A stretch of 64,000 bases of DNA from Gemmatimonadota bacterium (GTDB lineage: Bacteria > Gemmatimonadota > Gemmatimonadetes > Palauibacterales > KS3-K002), in NCBI GenBank assembly GCA_020350785.1, contig CP070722.1, forward strand, positions 1,668,611 through 1,732,610, written 5' to 3'. Under the pieces are notes generated by a model. It ran no database searches and had not been told where the DNA came from. It was given only the letters and a program-made list of their open reading frames with translations. The translations under genes and the position numbers were made by a program. Shown here one piece after another: positions 36,922-46,147 of this stretch (the stretch's first letter is position 1; every line of letters begins with the position of its first letter).

Positions 36922-38223
36922 ATGACAATGAACGTGTACATCAAGGACCTGGCCGGCCACGTCGGTGGCGAGGTCACCGTGCAGGGCTGGCTGCACAATA
37001 AACGCTCCAGCGGCAAGATCGCGTTCCTCATCGTACGGGACGGCACCGGCCTGGTGCAAGGCGTAATGAGCAAAGGGGACGTGGATGCAGGAGTGTGGGA
37101 GCGGGTTCAGCAGGCGGAGTACGAGGCCAGCGTGAGGGTCAGGGGTTTGGTGCGTGCAGACGATCGTGCCCCTGGTGGTCATGAATTGGGGCTGACGGAC
37201 CTGCAGATCATCGGGCGGTCGAGCGACGACTATCCGATACAGCTCAAGGAGCACGGGGTCGATTTCCTCCTGGAAAACCGTCATCTGTGGCTCCGCACGC
37301 CGCGGCAGGTCGCGATCATGCGGGTGCGTGACGAGCTGGTCAAAGCGATCCGCGACTTCATGTACGACCGGGGATTCGTGAACGTCGATACGCCAATCTT
37401 GACCGGGGCCATTGGGGAGTCGGCGGGCACGCTGTTTCAGACCGATTACTTCGATCTGGGCACGGCCTACCTGGCGCAAACTGGCCAGCTCTACAACGAG
37501 GCCAACGCGGCGGCCCTGGGTCGGGTGTATTGCTTCGGGCCGACGTTTCGGGCGGAGAAGTCGAAGACGCGCAGACATCTGACGGAGTTCTGGATGCTCG
37601 AGCCAGAGATGGCCTGGTGCGACAGCGACTGCAACATGCGGTTTCAGGAAGAGTTGGTCAGCTATCTCGTAAGCCGCGCTCTGGAGCGGAGCCGCGCGCA
37701 GCTGGAGGAGCTGGAAAGGGATGTGTCGCGTCTGCAAGCCGTCACGCCACCGTTTCCGCGCATCTCCTATGACGAGGCCGTCGACAGGCTGCAGGCGCTG
37801 GGCTCTGAGATCGTCTGGGGCGACGACCTGGGCGCCGAGGATGAGACTTTGGTCGCGCAGGACTATGACCGGCCGGTCTTCATCTACAACTACCCGAAGC
37901 AGGCGAAGGCTTTCTACATGAAGGAAAACCCGGACGATCCGCGAACCGTGCTCTGCGACGACCTGATCGCGCCCGAGGGCTACGGCGAGCTCATCGGGGG
38001 GAGCCAGCGGGAAGACGACTATGAGAAGCTGCTGGCCCGGATCCGGGAGCAAGGTCTGCCCGTCGAGTCTTACGGCTGGTACCTGGATCTAAGGCGCTAC
38101 GGAACTTTCCCGCACAGCGGATTCGGCCTCGGATTGGAGCGAACGGTCGCCTGGGTCTGCGGGGTTCACCATATTCGTGAGTGTATCGCCTATCCGCGGA
38201 CTTTGAACCGCCTCTCACCGTAG
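36922..38223 (+). CDS. Class IIb aminoacyl-tRNA synthetase, either asparaginyl-tRNA synthetase or archaeal-type aspartyl-tRNA synthetase
   Basis: OB-fold N-terminus (VTVQGWLHNKRSSGKIAFLIVRDG). Class II motif 2 FRAE and motif 3 GFGLGLERTVAWVCG...IAYPR. The HSGFGLGLER motif and 433-aa length fit AsnRS slightly better than AspRS. Confidence 0.85.
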   Translation: MTMNVYIKDLAGHVGGEVTVQGWLHNKRSSGKIAFLIVRDGTGLVQGVMSKGDVDAGVWERVQQAEYEASVRVRGLVRADDRAPGGHELGLTDLQIIGRSSDDYPIQLKEHGVDFLLENRHLWLRTPRQVAIMRVRDELVKAIRDFMYDRGFVNVDTPILTGAIGESAGTLFQTDYFDLGTAYLAQTGQLYNEANAAALGRVYCFGPTFRAEKSKTRRHLTEFWMLEPEMAWCDSDCNMRFQEELVSYLVSRALERSRAQLEELERDVSRLQAVTPPFPRISYDEAVDRLQALGSEIVWGDDLGAEDETLVAQDYDRPVFIYNYPKQAKAFYMKENPDDPRTVLCDDLIAPEGYGELIGGSQREDDYEKLLARIREQGLPVESYGWYLDLRRYGTFPHSGFGLGLERTVAWVCGVHHIRECIAYPRTLNRLSP

Positions 38224-38284
38224 CGATCTGCCCAGCCTGCGATGGATTGCATGAATGATGGGGGTGGTGGAGGCGAGGTGGCTC

Positions 38285-39083
38285 TCACGCCTCACCCTTG
38301 ATCTCGTCCCAGATGGCGTCCAGTTCGGGCAGGGACGCTTCGCCGAGTCTGAGGCCGCGTTCCTCTGCCAGCGACTCCAGCCTCTTGAATCGTTGCTGGA
38401 ATTTCGCGTTTGCGAGGCGGAGGGCCGTCGCGGCGTGGAGGCCGCTGAGTCGGGCGACGTTGACAACGGCGAACAACAGGTCCCCGATCTCTCGTTCCAG
38501 TTCATCGCGCTTGACGCCTTCCAGGTGTTCGGCAACCTCTTCGACCTCCTCACGGATCTTGGCGAAGGCGTCACGGGCATGATCCCAATCGAAGCCGACA
38601 CCGGCGGCCCGATCCTGGATCCGCTGTGCGCGCGCGAGCGGGTCGAGTCGTTGGGCGAGGCCGCCAAAGACATCGTTGCCCTGTCGCTCGTTGGCTTTCT
38701 CGGTTTCCCAATGAGGCCGCTCGGCCGCATCGCCGTAAAGGTGGGGATGGCGGCGACGCATCTTTTCCTCCAGTGTGGCCACCACATCCTGGGCCGCAAA
38801 AGCTCTGCGTTCCTCTGCCAGGACGATCTGGAAGGCCACGTTGAGCAGCAGGTCGCCTATCTCGCTCTGCAGCCTATGGTCATCTACGCCGTCCAGAATG
38901 GCTTCGGCCAGCTCGGCGGATTCCTCCAGCAGGTACGGTGTCAATGAGGCCGGAGTCTGGGCGGCGTCCCAGGGGCAGCCGGCGCGGAGGAAGCGGACGA
39001 GGTCGAGGGCTCGGTCCAGGATGCCGGGGGCCGAGGGTTTCTCTTTGGGCGGAAGTTCGTTGTTTTCAGGCATTTCTTGCATT
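38285..39083 (-). CDS. mazG: Nucleoside triphosphate pyrophosphohydrolase MazG
   Basis: LRAGCPWDAAQTPASLTPYLLEESAELAEAI and a second EE...E..E..GDLLF repeat form the tandem MazG domains. The long ORF runs on to 39742, but similarity begins at MQEMPENNE (ATG 39083 or 39074). Confidence 0.85.
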
Positions 39084-39127
39084 GAACACTGGCGTCCTCT
39101 ATACTGACGGCCGTAAACACTGACACG

Positions 39128-40279
39128 ATGAACACAAGCGACTTGTCTAAGGTGCGCGCCTGGGTCGATATCGACCTCGGTGCGCTCGTTGCAAACTACG
39201 ACACCCTGCAGGCGCGGGCCAAGCCGGCGGTGGGCGTACTGCCTATCGTCAAGGCCGATGCCTACGGCCTGGGCATGTGCCCCGTCGTGAGGGCGCTGGA
39301 GCCACGCGGCCCCTGGGGCTACGGAGTGGCGGCCATCTCCGAAGGGATAGAGCTGCGCGAGAAAGGGATTGGGCGGCGGGTCATATGTTTCTTCTGTACC
39401 CCGGAGGAACTGGATCTCGCGGCTGAGGCCAATATCATTCCCGCGATCGGCGATCTCACGGCCCTGGACCGGTACCGCTCGAGCGCTCGGCGGATGGGCC
39501 GTCGCCTGCCTTTCCATCTCGAGATCGATACGGGCATGGGACGTTGCGGCTTCCACCACGCCGACACGGCGCGCTGGCTGCCGCGGGTTCTGGAAGCGTG
39601 TGCTGAAGATCTGGAGTGGGAGGGTACATTCGCCCACTATCATTCGGCGGACGAGGCGGGCATCGAGCCGACGCAGGACCAGTGGGAGCGTTTCCAGGCC
39701 TGCGTCAGCCGATTTCCCCAGGGCAGCGGGGGTGTGAAGCATACGGCAGCCAGCGCCTCCGCGGCACGGTGGCCCCAGTTTTCGGCGGACGTATTACGGC
39801 CCGGCCTTTTCCTCTATGGCGGAGTTGCGGGGCATGAGCCCATAGAACCGCGCGCCGTGGCCGCGGTGCGCGCGCGTGTGACCAGCGTCCGGGAGGTCCC
39901 GGAGGGTTGGACCGTCAGCTATGGCGCGACCCACAGGGCGGCGCGCCCTTCGCGCTGGGCCACGTTGGCGATCGGTTACGCTGACGGGTTGCGTCGAGAG
40001 CTTTCCAACAACGGGTTCGTTCGGTTTGCTGACCGTGAGGCACCGATCGTCGGTCGCGTGTGTATGGATGTCACCGTGGTGGACGTCACGGACATCGAAG
40101 GCGTTGAGGCGGGTTCGATCGCCACGGTAATCGGGGGAGCTGGGGACGGCGAGGTGAGCTTGATGTCGGTCGCCCGACGCTGCGGCACGATTGCCTATGA
40201 GATTCTTACAGGCCTGACGCGCCGACTGCCGCGACGTTACCATGGCGGCGATTTCGAACCGAGGGGGGAGGGCCGATGA
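39128..40279 (+). CDS. alr: Alanine racemase
   Basis: VLPIVKADAYGLG carries the PLP-Lys motif. Divergent from mazG with a 44-nt spacer containing TATACT. Confidence 0.9.
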   Translation: MNTSDLSKVRAWVDIDLGALVANYDTLQARAKPAVGVLPIVKADAYGLGMCPVVRALEPRGPWGYGVAAISEGIELREKGIGRRVICFFCTPEELDLAAEANIIPAIGDLTALDRYRSSARRMGRRLPFHLEIDTGMGRCGFHHADTARWLPRVLEACAEDLEWEGTFAHYHSADEAGIEPTQDQWERFQACVSRFPQGSGGVKHTAASASAARWPQFSADVLRPGLFLYGGVAGHEPIEPRAVAAVRARVTSVREVPEGWTVSYGATHRAARPSRWATLAIGYADGLRRELSNNGFVRFADREAPIVGRVCMDVTVVDVTDIEGVEAGSIATVIGGAGDGEVSLMSVARRCGTIAYEILTGLTRRLPRRYHGGDFEPRGEGR

Positions 40280-40304
40280 GCCAAGCGCAGCCAGGGTTGG
40301 GCCG

Positions 40305-40667
40305 ATGACCGAAGAAACGAAGGGTCGGGTCGACTTCAGCAGTCTCGTAGTCAGTATCGCGACATCGGCCTTGGCCGTGTTGGGTCAGGTCGAGTTGCTT
40401 CTGGAGCCTGGAGCCGAGGGAGGAAAGGCAGGGACCGTCGAGTCCGAAGAGCCACCCCTCTCGGGTGCGGCCTTGCGTGAGCGAGTCGTGGAGGCTTTGG
40501 CGGGCGCCCGCCAGCTCATCGACACGATGGCTATGCTGGAGGAGAAGACCAGGGGAAATCTCGACGCCGATGAGCAGGAGCTTCTTCGGGGATCGCTTTC
40601 CGAGTTGCGGATCCGCTTCGTCAGCGTGGCGAACCGGCCAATAACGGCGGGGGGCACGAGCCCGTGA
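40305..40667 (+). CDS. DUF1844-like small protein
   Basis: FSSLVVSIATSALAVLGQVEL...LIDTMAMLEEKTRGNL..DEQELL...LSELRIRFV matches my recollection of the DUF1844 consensus. The ORF begins at 40242; I prefer ATG 40305. Confidence 0.45.
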   Translation: MTEETKGRVDFSSLVVSIATSALAVLGQVELLLEPGAEGGKAGTVESEEPPLSGAALRERVVEALAGARQLIDTMAMLEEKTRGNLDADEQELLRGSLSELRIRFVSVANRPITAGGTSP

Positions 40668-41959
40668 CCGTGCGGAAGGCTGCCGCCTTGGTGTTCTTGC
40701 TCGCATTGGGCTTGGCCGGGTGCAAGCGCGATGAGCTCGTCGGCGTCGACCCGGAAGTGGCGCCGGGCCCCAGCTCGAAGACGCGGGAGTCAATCTTGGC
40801 CCCCTCGCAGCTAGCTAGTTGGACGGACACCGTGTTCTCGGGCTACGCCAGCGCAGCGACCGCCACCTACCAGCTAGTCGAGGAAGGCACTGGGGAACTC
40901 GTCGCGCGCAGCCTCTTCCGCTTTGACGTTATTCAGGACAGCGTCTTCTTTCCTGACACGACCTCTGCGGTCATTCAGTTCGACTCGGCTCGCGTGATTG
41001 TTGGGATGGACACGCTGCTCTCCGCTCTGGGATCTGCAGGAACAACCTTGCGCCTCATAGCGATGGAGGAAGAGTGGGACGAGGCTTCGGCAAGCTGGGG
41101 GTTCGCGATCGATACGGCGGGCGAGCAGGTTCCCTGGGCGGGAGGGCCAGGCGGCTCGCTGGGTGCGACGCTGGCCGAATTGCAGCTCACCTCGCTCGTA
41201 GACAGCTTGATCTTCGAGCTCGGCGAGCGTTCCGATTCTCTCATCCGATCTTGGAACGACACCACCCAGGCCAATCCCGGTCTTGCGCTGGTGGTGGCGG
41301 ACTCGGGCCGCCTGTTCCTGAGGGCGCCGCGGGTCCAGTTCCGAGCGATCCCCGAGGTGCTTCCTGACACGGCCGTCGTTCTGAGAGCGTTTGCGACGGC
41401 TCGCACCTTTATCTTCGATCGCGAAGCATCGGAATTGCCGCCGGGGGCGCTTCGCCTGGGTGGAGTCGACGGCTGGCGGATGCTGACGGAGCTGATCTTG
41501 CCGGATTCCGTCCCTGCGGAGGGCACGAACGAAAGCTTCTCGCTACGCGGCGTCGTGGTCAACAGGGCCGAAATCATTCTTCTCAGCCTCGCTCCGCCCG
41601 ATAGGCCTTTCGCCGCGGAGAACGATTTCGGCGCCACCGCCTTCGAGTTGGCTGCCGACTTTCGTATTCTGGGTCCGAAGACACCGGTTGGGAATCGGTT
41701 GGTAGGGAGCGACCTACTGCTCGAGGTCGACTCCCTGGAGAGCGGATCACCTGTGAGGTTCGACGTCACCGATCAGCTGCAGCGCTGGGCCGCGGTGCCT
41801 CTGGATTCCGTGCCGCCGCCCGTTCGGATCGTCATCAGATCTCTGCCAGAAGGCGCGACATTCGGGTACTGGGAGTTCGGTGCGGCGAGGGGAGACCCGG
41901 ACCTCGCGCCGTTTCTGCGTATCGTGTTCACGCCGCCGGCCAGGTTCGACATCCCATGA
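40664..41959 (+). CDS. Hypothetical lipoprotein
   Basis: MTVRKAAALVFLLALGLAGC is a lipobox signal. The start overlaps the upstream stop. No family recognised. Confidence 0.55.
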   Translation: MTVRKAAALVFLLALGLAGCKRDELVGVDPEVAPGPSSKTRESILAPSQLASWTDTVFSGYASAATATYQLVEEGTGELVARSLFRFDVIQDSVFFPDTTSAVIQFDSARVIVGMDTLLSALGSAGTTLRLIAMEEEWDEASASWGFAIDTAGEQVPWAGGPGGSLGATLAELQLTSLVDSLIFELGERSDSLIRSWNDTTQANPGLALVVADSGRLFLRAPRVQFRAIPEVLPDTAVVLRAFATARTFIFDREASELPPGALRLGGVDGWRMLTELILPDSVPAEGTNESFSLRGVVVNRAEIILLSLAPPDRPFAAENDFGATAFELAADFRILGPKTPVGNRLVGSDLLLEVDSLESGSPVRFDVTDQLQRWAAVPLDSVPPPVRIVIRSLPEGATFGYWEFGAARGDPDLAPFLRIVFTPPARFDIP

Positions 41960-43113
41960 ACACGAGGCTGATCGCCGTTCTGGTCGCAGGCGCGTGCGCC
42001 CTGACGCCCGTCCAGGTCCAGGGTCAGGTAGAAACGGTGGGCAGCGTCGGCCTGGGACGCTCGCTCAGGCCGCTCGACGCGCGTGCCATCGCGCTGGGGA
42101 ACACCGGGGTCGCCCTACACGGTGGCAACTTGTCGTCCGTGAATCCGGCTTCCCTGACGCGCATCGGCTCGGCCGGAGTCTGGATCACCATGCAGCCGGA
42201 AAAGCGGACCCTGAGGGGCGATCAGATTCGAGGGGTCGTCGAGACTGCGAATTTTCCGCTGGCGCGGGCCGCGCTACCTCTCTCGGATCGTTGGGTGATC
42301 GGCGCCGCTTTTGGCGCCCTGTTCGATCAGGACTGGGGTGTGGAGTTCAAGGATACGATAACCGTCTCGACCGGGGACGTCGAATTCGACGAGACGCGCA
42401 CCTCAGACGGCGGGATAAGCCAGTTGCGGTTCGAGGTGGGGACGTACCTCTCCGACGCAGTGACCCTGGGCGTGGCCGGTCTCTTCTATACCGGCGAGGC
42501 ACGTCAGACGGTACGTAGGGTCTTCGAAGAGAGCGTCGGATTCGACATTTTCAGATCACAGACGGCCATTCGCTATCGGGGCTGGGGTGTGGCGCTGGGC
42601 GGCGAGTTTCAGCCGCGCGCTGAAGTCGTTCTGGGTGCCACGCTGAATTGGAATGAGGGGCTGACGGTTCGCGATGACAGCGCCGGGGTAGAGGTCGAGG
42701 TCGGGCTGCCGATCGGTTTGGATGTTGGGGGCTCCTTTCAGCTCACACGGGATTTCCTCGTCGCTCTAGCGCTGGGCTGGACGAACTGGTCGTCGGCGGA
42801 GGGCGATCTGCCGCGCGCGGGCGTGGTCGACACCTGGCGCTTTGGGGGCGGCACCGAGTTGCGAGTGGTGTCGGGCGAGAATACGCAGATGTTCTTGCGT
42901 TTCGGTGGGCACTTGGAACGCTCGCCATTCGAGCTGGGAGATGGCGCGCCCTGGGAGCGTGTTCTGAGCGTCGGTGGTGGCGCTGCCTTCCGCGGAGGCC
43001 GTGGGCGGTTTGACTTTGCTGTGGAGTTTGGGGGCCGCGGGGACGCGGAAAAGAATTTGGTGGAGGAGGACTTCATTCGCTACTCCTTCACGATGGCCGT
43101 TTTCACCATCTGA
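41956..43113 (+). CDS. Hypothetical outer-membrane beta-barrel-like protein
   Basis: MNTRLIAVLVAGACALTPVQVQGQ is a signal peptide. The body is rich in Gly/aromatic alternating beta-strand patterns, and the C-terminus ends in a YSFTMAVFTI-like terminal strand. Coupled to the upstream lipoprotein gene. Confidence 0.5.
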   Translation: MNTRLIAVLVAGACALTPVQVQGQVETVGSVGLGRSLRPLDARAIALGNTGVALHGGNLSSVNPASLTRIGSAGVWITMQPEKRTLRGDQIRGVVETANFPLARAALPLSDRWVIGAAFGALFDQDWGVEFKDTITVSTGDVEFDETRTSDGGISQLRFEVGTYLSDAVTLGVAGLFYTGEARQTVRRVFEESVGFDIFRSQTAIRYRGWGVALGGEFQPRAEVVLGATLNWNEGLTVRDDSAGVEVEVGLPIGLDVGGSFQLTRDFLVALALGWTNWSSAEGDLPRAGVVDTWRFGGGTELRVVSGENTQMFLRFGGHLERSPFELGDGAPWERVLSVGGGAAFRGGRGRFDFAVEFGGRGDAEKNLVEEDFIRYSFTMAVFTI

Positions 43114-43134
43114 GCCTGGCTGGCATTTCGGGCC

Positions 43135-44409
43135 GTGAACAAGACAGAGACGACCCCTAGGCGGGTCTATTTCCAAACATTCGGTTGCCGCGCCAACCAG
43201 TACGACAGCGAGCGGATGCGCCAGCTGCTGGAGCTGCGCGGTTGCGAGACGGTCAGCGATCCCGCACTGGCCGACGCGATCATCGTCAACAGTTGCACCG
43301 TCACCCGCAATGCCGATGCGGAGCTGCGCCGCTACGTGCGCGCGGCCAGCCGCCGGGCCGGTATCGGTACCCCCGTGGTCGTGGCGGGCTGCGCGGCAGC
43401 GGTAGCTACTGAAGCCATCGGTCGACTGGATGGTGTCAGCACGGTGGTCCCTGGGCAGGACCCCGAGGCGGTGGCCTCCTCTCTGGGCTTGCATGGCCGT
43501 GCCGGTGAGGTCGCGGGGACGGTCCTGGATCGCGCTGCTCGCGGTAGCCGGGCCTGGCTGAAGATCCAAGACGGCTGCGATTTGCGTTGCTCGTACTGTG
43601 TCATACGGGTGGCTCGAGGCCCTAACCGCTCACGCGCGCCGTTCGAAATAGCGCGCGAAGCAGGGAACCTGGCGCGGCACCACCCGGAGATCTCACTTAC
43701 CGGCATCCACATCGGCCTGTACGGAAAGGATCTGCGCCCGCGAGTCACACTGGCCGCCCTCTTGGAAACGCTGCTCGAGGAAGTCCCGGACGTGCGGTTT
43801 CGAATCGGCTCTCTCGAGTGCAATCAGCTGGACGATTCCATCGTCCGCCTGATGGAGAACTCGAGTGGCCGGCTGGCTCCTCACCTCCACGTACCGTTGC
43901 AGAGCGGCAGTGACCGCGTCCTACGGCTGATGCGCCGTGCCTATCGCGCCGAGCGCTACCGCGAGCGGGTGGAGCGACTCTGTGCAAGGGTTTGGCCCCT
44001 GGGGTTGGGTAGCGACGTGATGGTGGGTTTCCCCGGCGAGACGGATGATGACCACCGCCGCACGGTGGAGTTGATCGAGGCGCTGCCGTTCACTTACTTG
44101 CACGTCTTCCCTTACTCGGATCGGCCGAACACGGACGCGGTCGGGCTACCCAATCCAGTCCCGGCACAGGTCAAGGCTGAGCGTTCCCGTGAGATTCGGG
44201 CGCTGGCGGCCCGTAAGTCTTCTGCATACCGACGGCGACGCGTGGGGACTCCTGCCTGGATTGTGCTGGAAGGCGGCGATGCAGCCATCGCGGTGACGGG
44301 TGACTACCTGAAGATGCCTGCCTCGGATAGCTTAGTAGCGATGGGTCCGCGTCTGCAGCTGGCGCGAGTGGTCGCCGACGGAAACGGCGGTCTGCGCGCC
44401 GAAGCTTGA
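43135..44409 (+). CDS. Radical-SAM methylthiotransferase of the MiaB/RimO/MtaB family (MtaB-like)
   Basis: N-terminal MTTase motif FQTFGCRANQYDSE, radical-SAM CDLRCSYC, and a TRAM-like C-terminus. FGCR(A/V)N resembles MtaB more than MiaB (TYGCQMN) or RimO (LGCPKN). Confidence 0.8.
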   Translation: MNKTETTPRRVYFQTFGCRANQYDSERMRQLLELRGCETVSDPALADAIIVNSCTVTRNADAELRRYVRAASRRAGIGTPVVVAGCAAAVATEAIGRLDGVSTVVPGQDPEAVASSLGLHGRAGEVAGTVLDRAARGSRAWLKIQDGCDLRCSYCVIRVARGPNRSRAPFEIAREAGNLARHHPEISLTGIHIGLYGKDLRPRVTLAALLETLLEEVPDVRFRIGSLECNQLDDSIVRLMENSSGRLAPHLHVPLQSGSDRVLRLMRRAYRAERYRERVERLCARVWPLGLGSDVMVGFPGETDDDHRRTVELIEALPFTYLHVFPYSDRPNTDAVGLPNPVPAQVKAERSREIRALAARKSSAYRRRRVGTPAWIVLEGGDAAIAVTGDYLKMPASDSLVAMGPRLQLARVVADGNGGLRAEA

Positions 44410-44426
44410 ATCCGAGAACATTGGGT

Positions 44427-45743
44427 ATGGCCAAGACTTACTGGGTCGAGACGTACGGTTGCCAGATGAATGTCAGCGACAGCGAGCTTATGGAGGGTGT
44501 GCTGGCGGCGGATGGCTATTCCCAGGTTTCCACACCCGAGGAAGCGGACGTGATCCTGATTAATACGTGCGCTATCCGTGAGCATGCCGAGCGACGGGTG
44601 CTGGGCCGGGTAGCGGAGCTCAATCGGGTGAAGAAGCGCCGACCGGAGACACTGATCGGCGTGTGCGGTTGCATGGCCCAGCGGCTGGGTACTCAGCTCA
44701 TCCAGCAGGCGCAACATGTGGACATGGTGATAGGTCCGGATGCGTACCGGTCGCTTCCGCAGTTGATCGACCAGGCGAGCCGCAGCGCAGCGGCCGTCGT
44801 CGACGTGGACCTGAATCCGGCAGAGAACTACGAGGGCCTTGAGTTACGGCGGAAGTCGCGGGTCTCGGCCTGGATACCAATCCAGCGTGGCTGCAACTAC
44901 CGTTGCACCTTCTGCATCGTGCCGCACACCCGAGGGAACGAGAAGAACCGCGATCCGCGGACGATTCTTCGGGAGATCGGGCGGCTCGCTCAGGAGGAGG
45001 GGATCACGGAATTCATCCTGCTGGGCCAGACCGTGAACTCGTATCGATACGGGGACTGCGATTTCCCGGGCCTTCTTCAGGCCGTCGCACGCCTGCCCGG
45101 CGTGCGTCGCGTGCGTTACACCTCGCCACACCCCAACGATCTGACGCGCGAGCTGGTCGAGGTTATGGCAAACGAGCCGGCCATCTGTCCGCAAATGCAT
45201 CTGCCGGTCCAGTCGGGATCCGACGAGGTGCTCAAGCGCATGGCGCGCCGCTACACCAGGGAGGGGTACCTGGCCAAGGTGGCCATGCTGCGCGAACTGA
45301 TTCCGAATATCGCACTCAGCACGGACATCATCGTAGGCTTTCCCGGAGAGGCCGATGCCGATTTCGAACAGACGCTCGATCTCGTGAGTACGGTGCGTTA
45401 CGACGATGCGTTCACGTTCCGCTACTCGCCGCGCGAGGGTACGCCCTCCACCCGAATGAGGGACGAGTTGTTGGTGCCCGATCATGTGGCGCAGGACAGA
45501 TTGGAACGCCTCATCACTCTTGTGAGGAAGATCGCGGCGGAAAAGAACCTCTCGGAGGTGGGTCGAACGACGGAGGTCCTGATTGAGAAGAGGGCGCGGC
45601 GCGGCATGCTCCTTCAGGGCCGGACGGACACCAATAAGGTCGTCCTGATTCCTGGGCCGGAGGAGTGGATCGGGAGATACGTGACGGCCGTGCTCACGGG
45701 CACCAGCGGCGCCACCTTTACCGGCTTTCCAGTTGGATCATGA
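44427..45743 (+). CDS. miaB: tRNA-2-methylthio-N6-dimethylallyladenosine synthase MiaB
   Basis: MAKTYWVETYGCQMNVSDSE (the MiaB-type TYGCQMN motif), radical-SAM CNYRCTFC and a TRAM domain. The ORF starts at 44406; I prefer ATG 44427. Confidence 0.85.
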   Translation: MAKTYWVETYGCQMNVSDSELMEGVLAADGYSQVSTPEEADVILINTCAIREHAERRVLGRVAELNRVKKRRPETLIGVCGCMAQRLGTQLIQQAQHVDMVIGPDAYRSLPQLIDQASRSAAAVVDVDLNPAENYEGLELRRKSRVSAWIPIQRGCNYRCTFCIVPHTRGNEKNRDPRTILREIGRLAQEEGITEFILLGQTVNSYRYGDCDFPGLLQAVARLPGVRRVRYTSPHPNDLTRELVEVMANEPAICPQMHLPVQSGSDEVLKRMARRYTREGYLAKVAMLRELIPNIALSTDIIVGFPGEADADFEQTLDLVSTVRYDDAFTFRYSPREGTPSTRMRDELLVPDHVAQDRLERLITLVRKIAAEKNLSEVGRTTEVLIEKRARRGMLLQGRTDTNKVVLIPGPEEWIGRYVTAVLTGTSGATFTGFPVGS

Positions 45744-46072
45744 GTAAGCGAGTGATCGCGCTCCGTCTGGGGGCTGCGCTCGTGGCCGTTGCCGCTCTCG
45801 TTCTCTTCGCCTACGAGAACGCCAGCCAATCCGTCGACTTGAGCCTCGGGGTGTTCACACTCAGAGGTCTATCGCTGCCTGTGGTCCTTTACGCCGCGGT
45901 CGTCATCGGGATGGCGGTGATGCTTCTAGCGGGACTACGCTCTGATCTGCGCACCCACGATGCGCTGAAGCACTACGACAAGATTGCGTCCGATGTGCTT
46001 CGCTCCATCGATGGCCGCGAAGGCTCGAGCGAGGAAGCCGGGTCCGCCAAGGAAGCTCGCGACAAAGTCTGA
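45740..46072 (+). CDS. Small inner-membrane protein (LapA/DUF1049-like)
   Basis: About 110 aa with two TM helices (LGAALVAVAALVLFAY; LPVVLYAAVVIGMAVMLLAG) and a charged tail. ATGA overlap with miaB stop. Confidence 0.4.
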   Translation: MSKRVIALRLGAALVAVAALVLFAYENASQSVDLSLGVFTLRGLSLPVVLYAAVVIGMAVMLLAGLRSDLRTHDALKHYDKIASDVLRSIDGREGSSEEAGSAKEARDKV

Positions 46073-46147
46073 CACTCTCGACAGTCTGTGCCTCTATCTG
46101 TCGCCTTGACGTCGACACCGCTCCCCGTCGGCGCCGGAGCCCTTCCC

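Noticed and set aside
36901-38052. 383-aa minus-strand ORF overlapping the class IIb synthetase gene
   Set aside because: The plus-strand product has unmistakable class II aaRS motifs, so the minus ORF is a GC-driven artefact.
38255-38947. 230-aa plus-strand ORF opposite mazG
   Set aside because: It is antisense to mazG and has no recognisable features.
39084-39742. 5' extension of the mazG ORF (ORF called to 39742, 485 aa)
   Set aside because: MazG similarity begins at MQEMPENNE (39083). The upstream 220 aa have no MazG features and would overlap alr on the opposite strand. alr has a clear PLP-Lys motif and the expected size.
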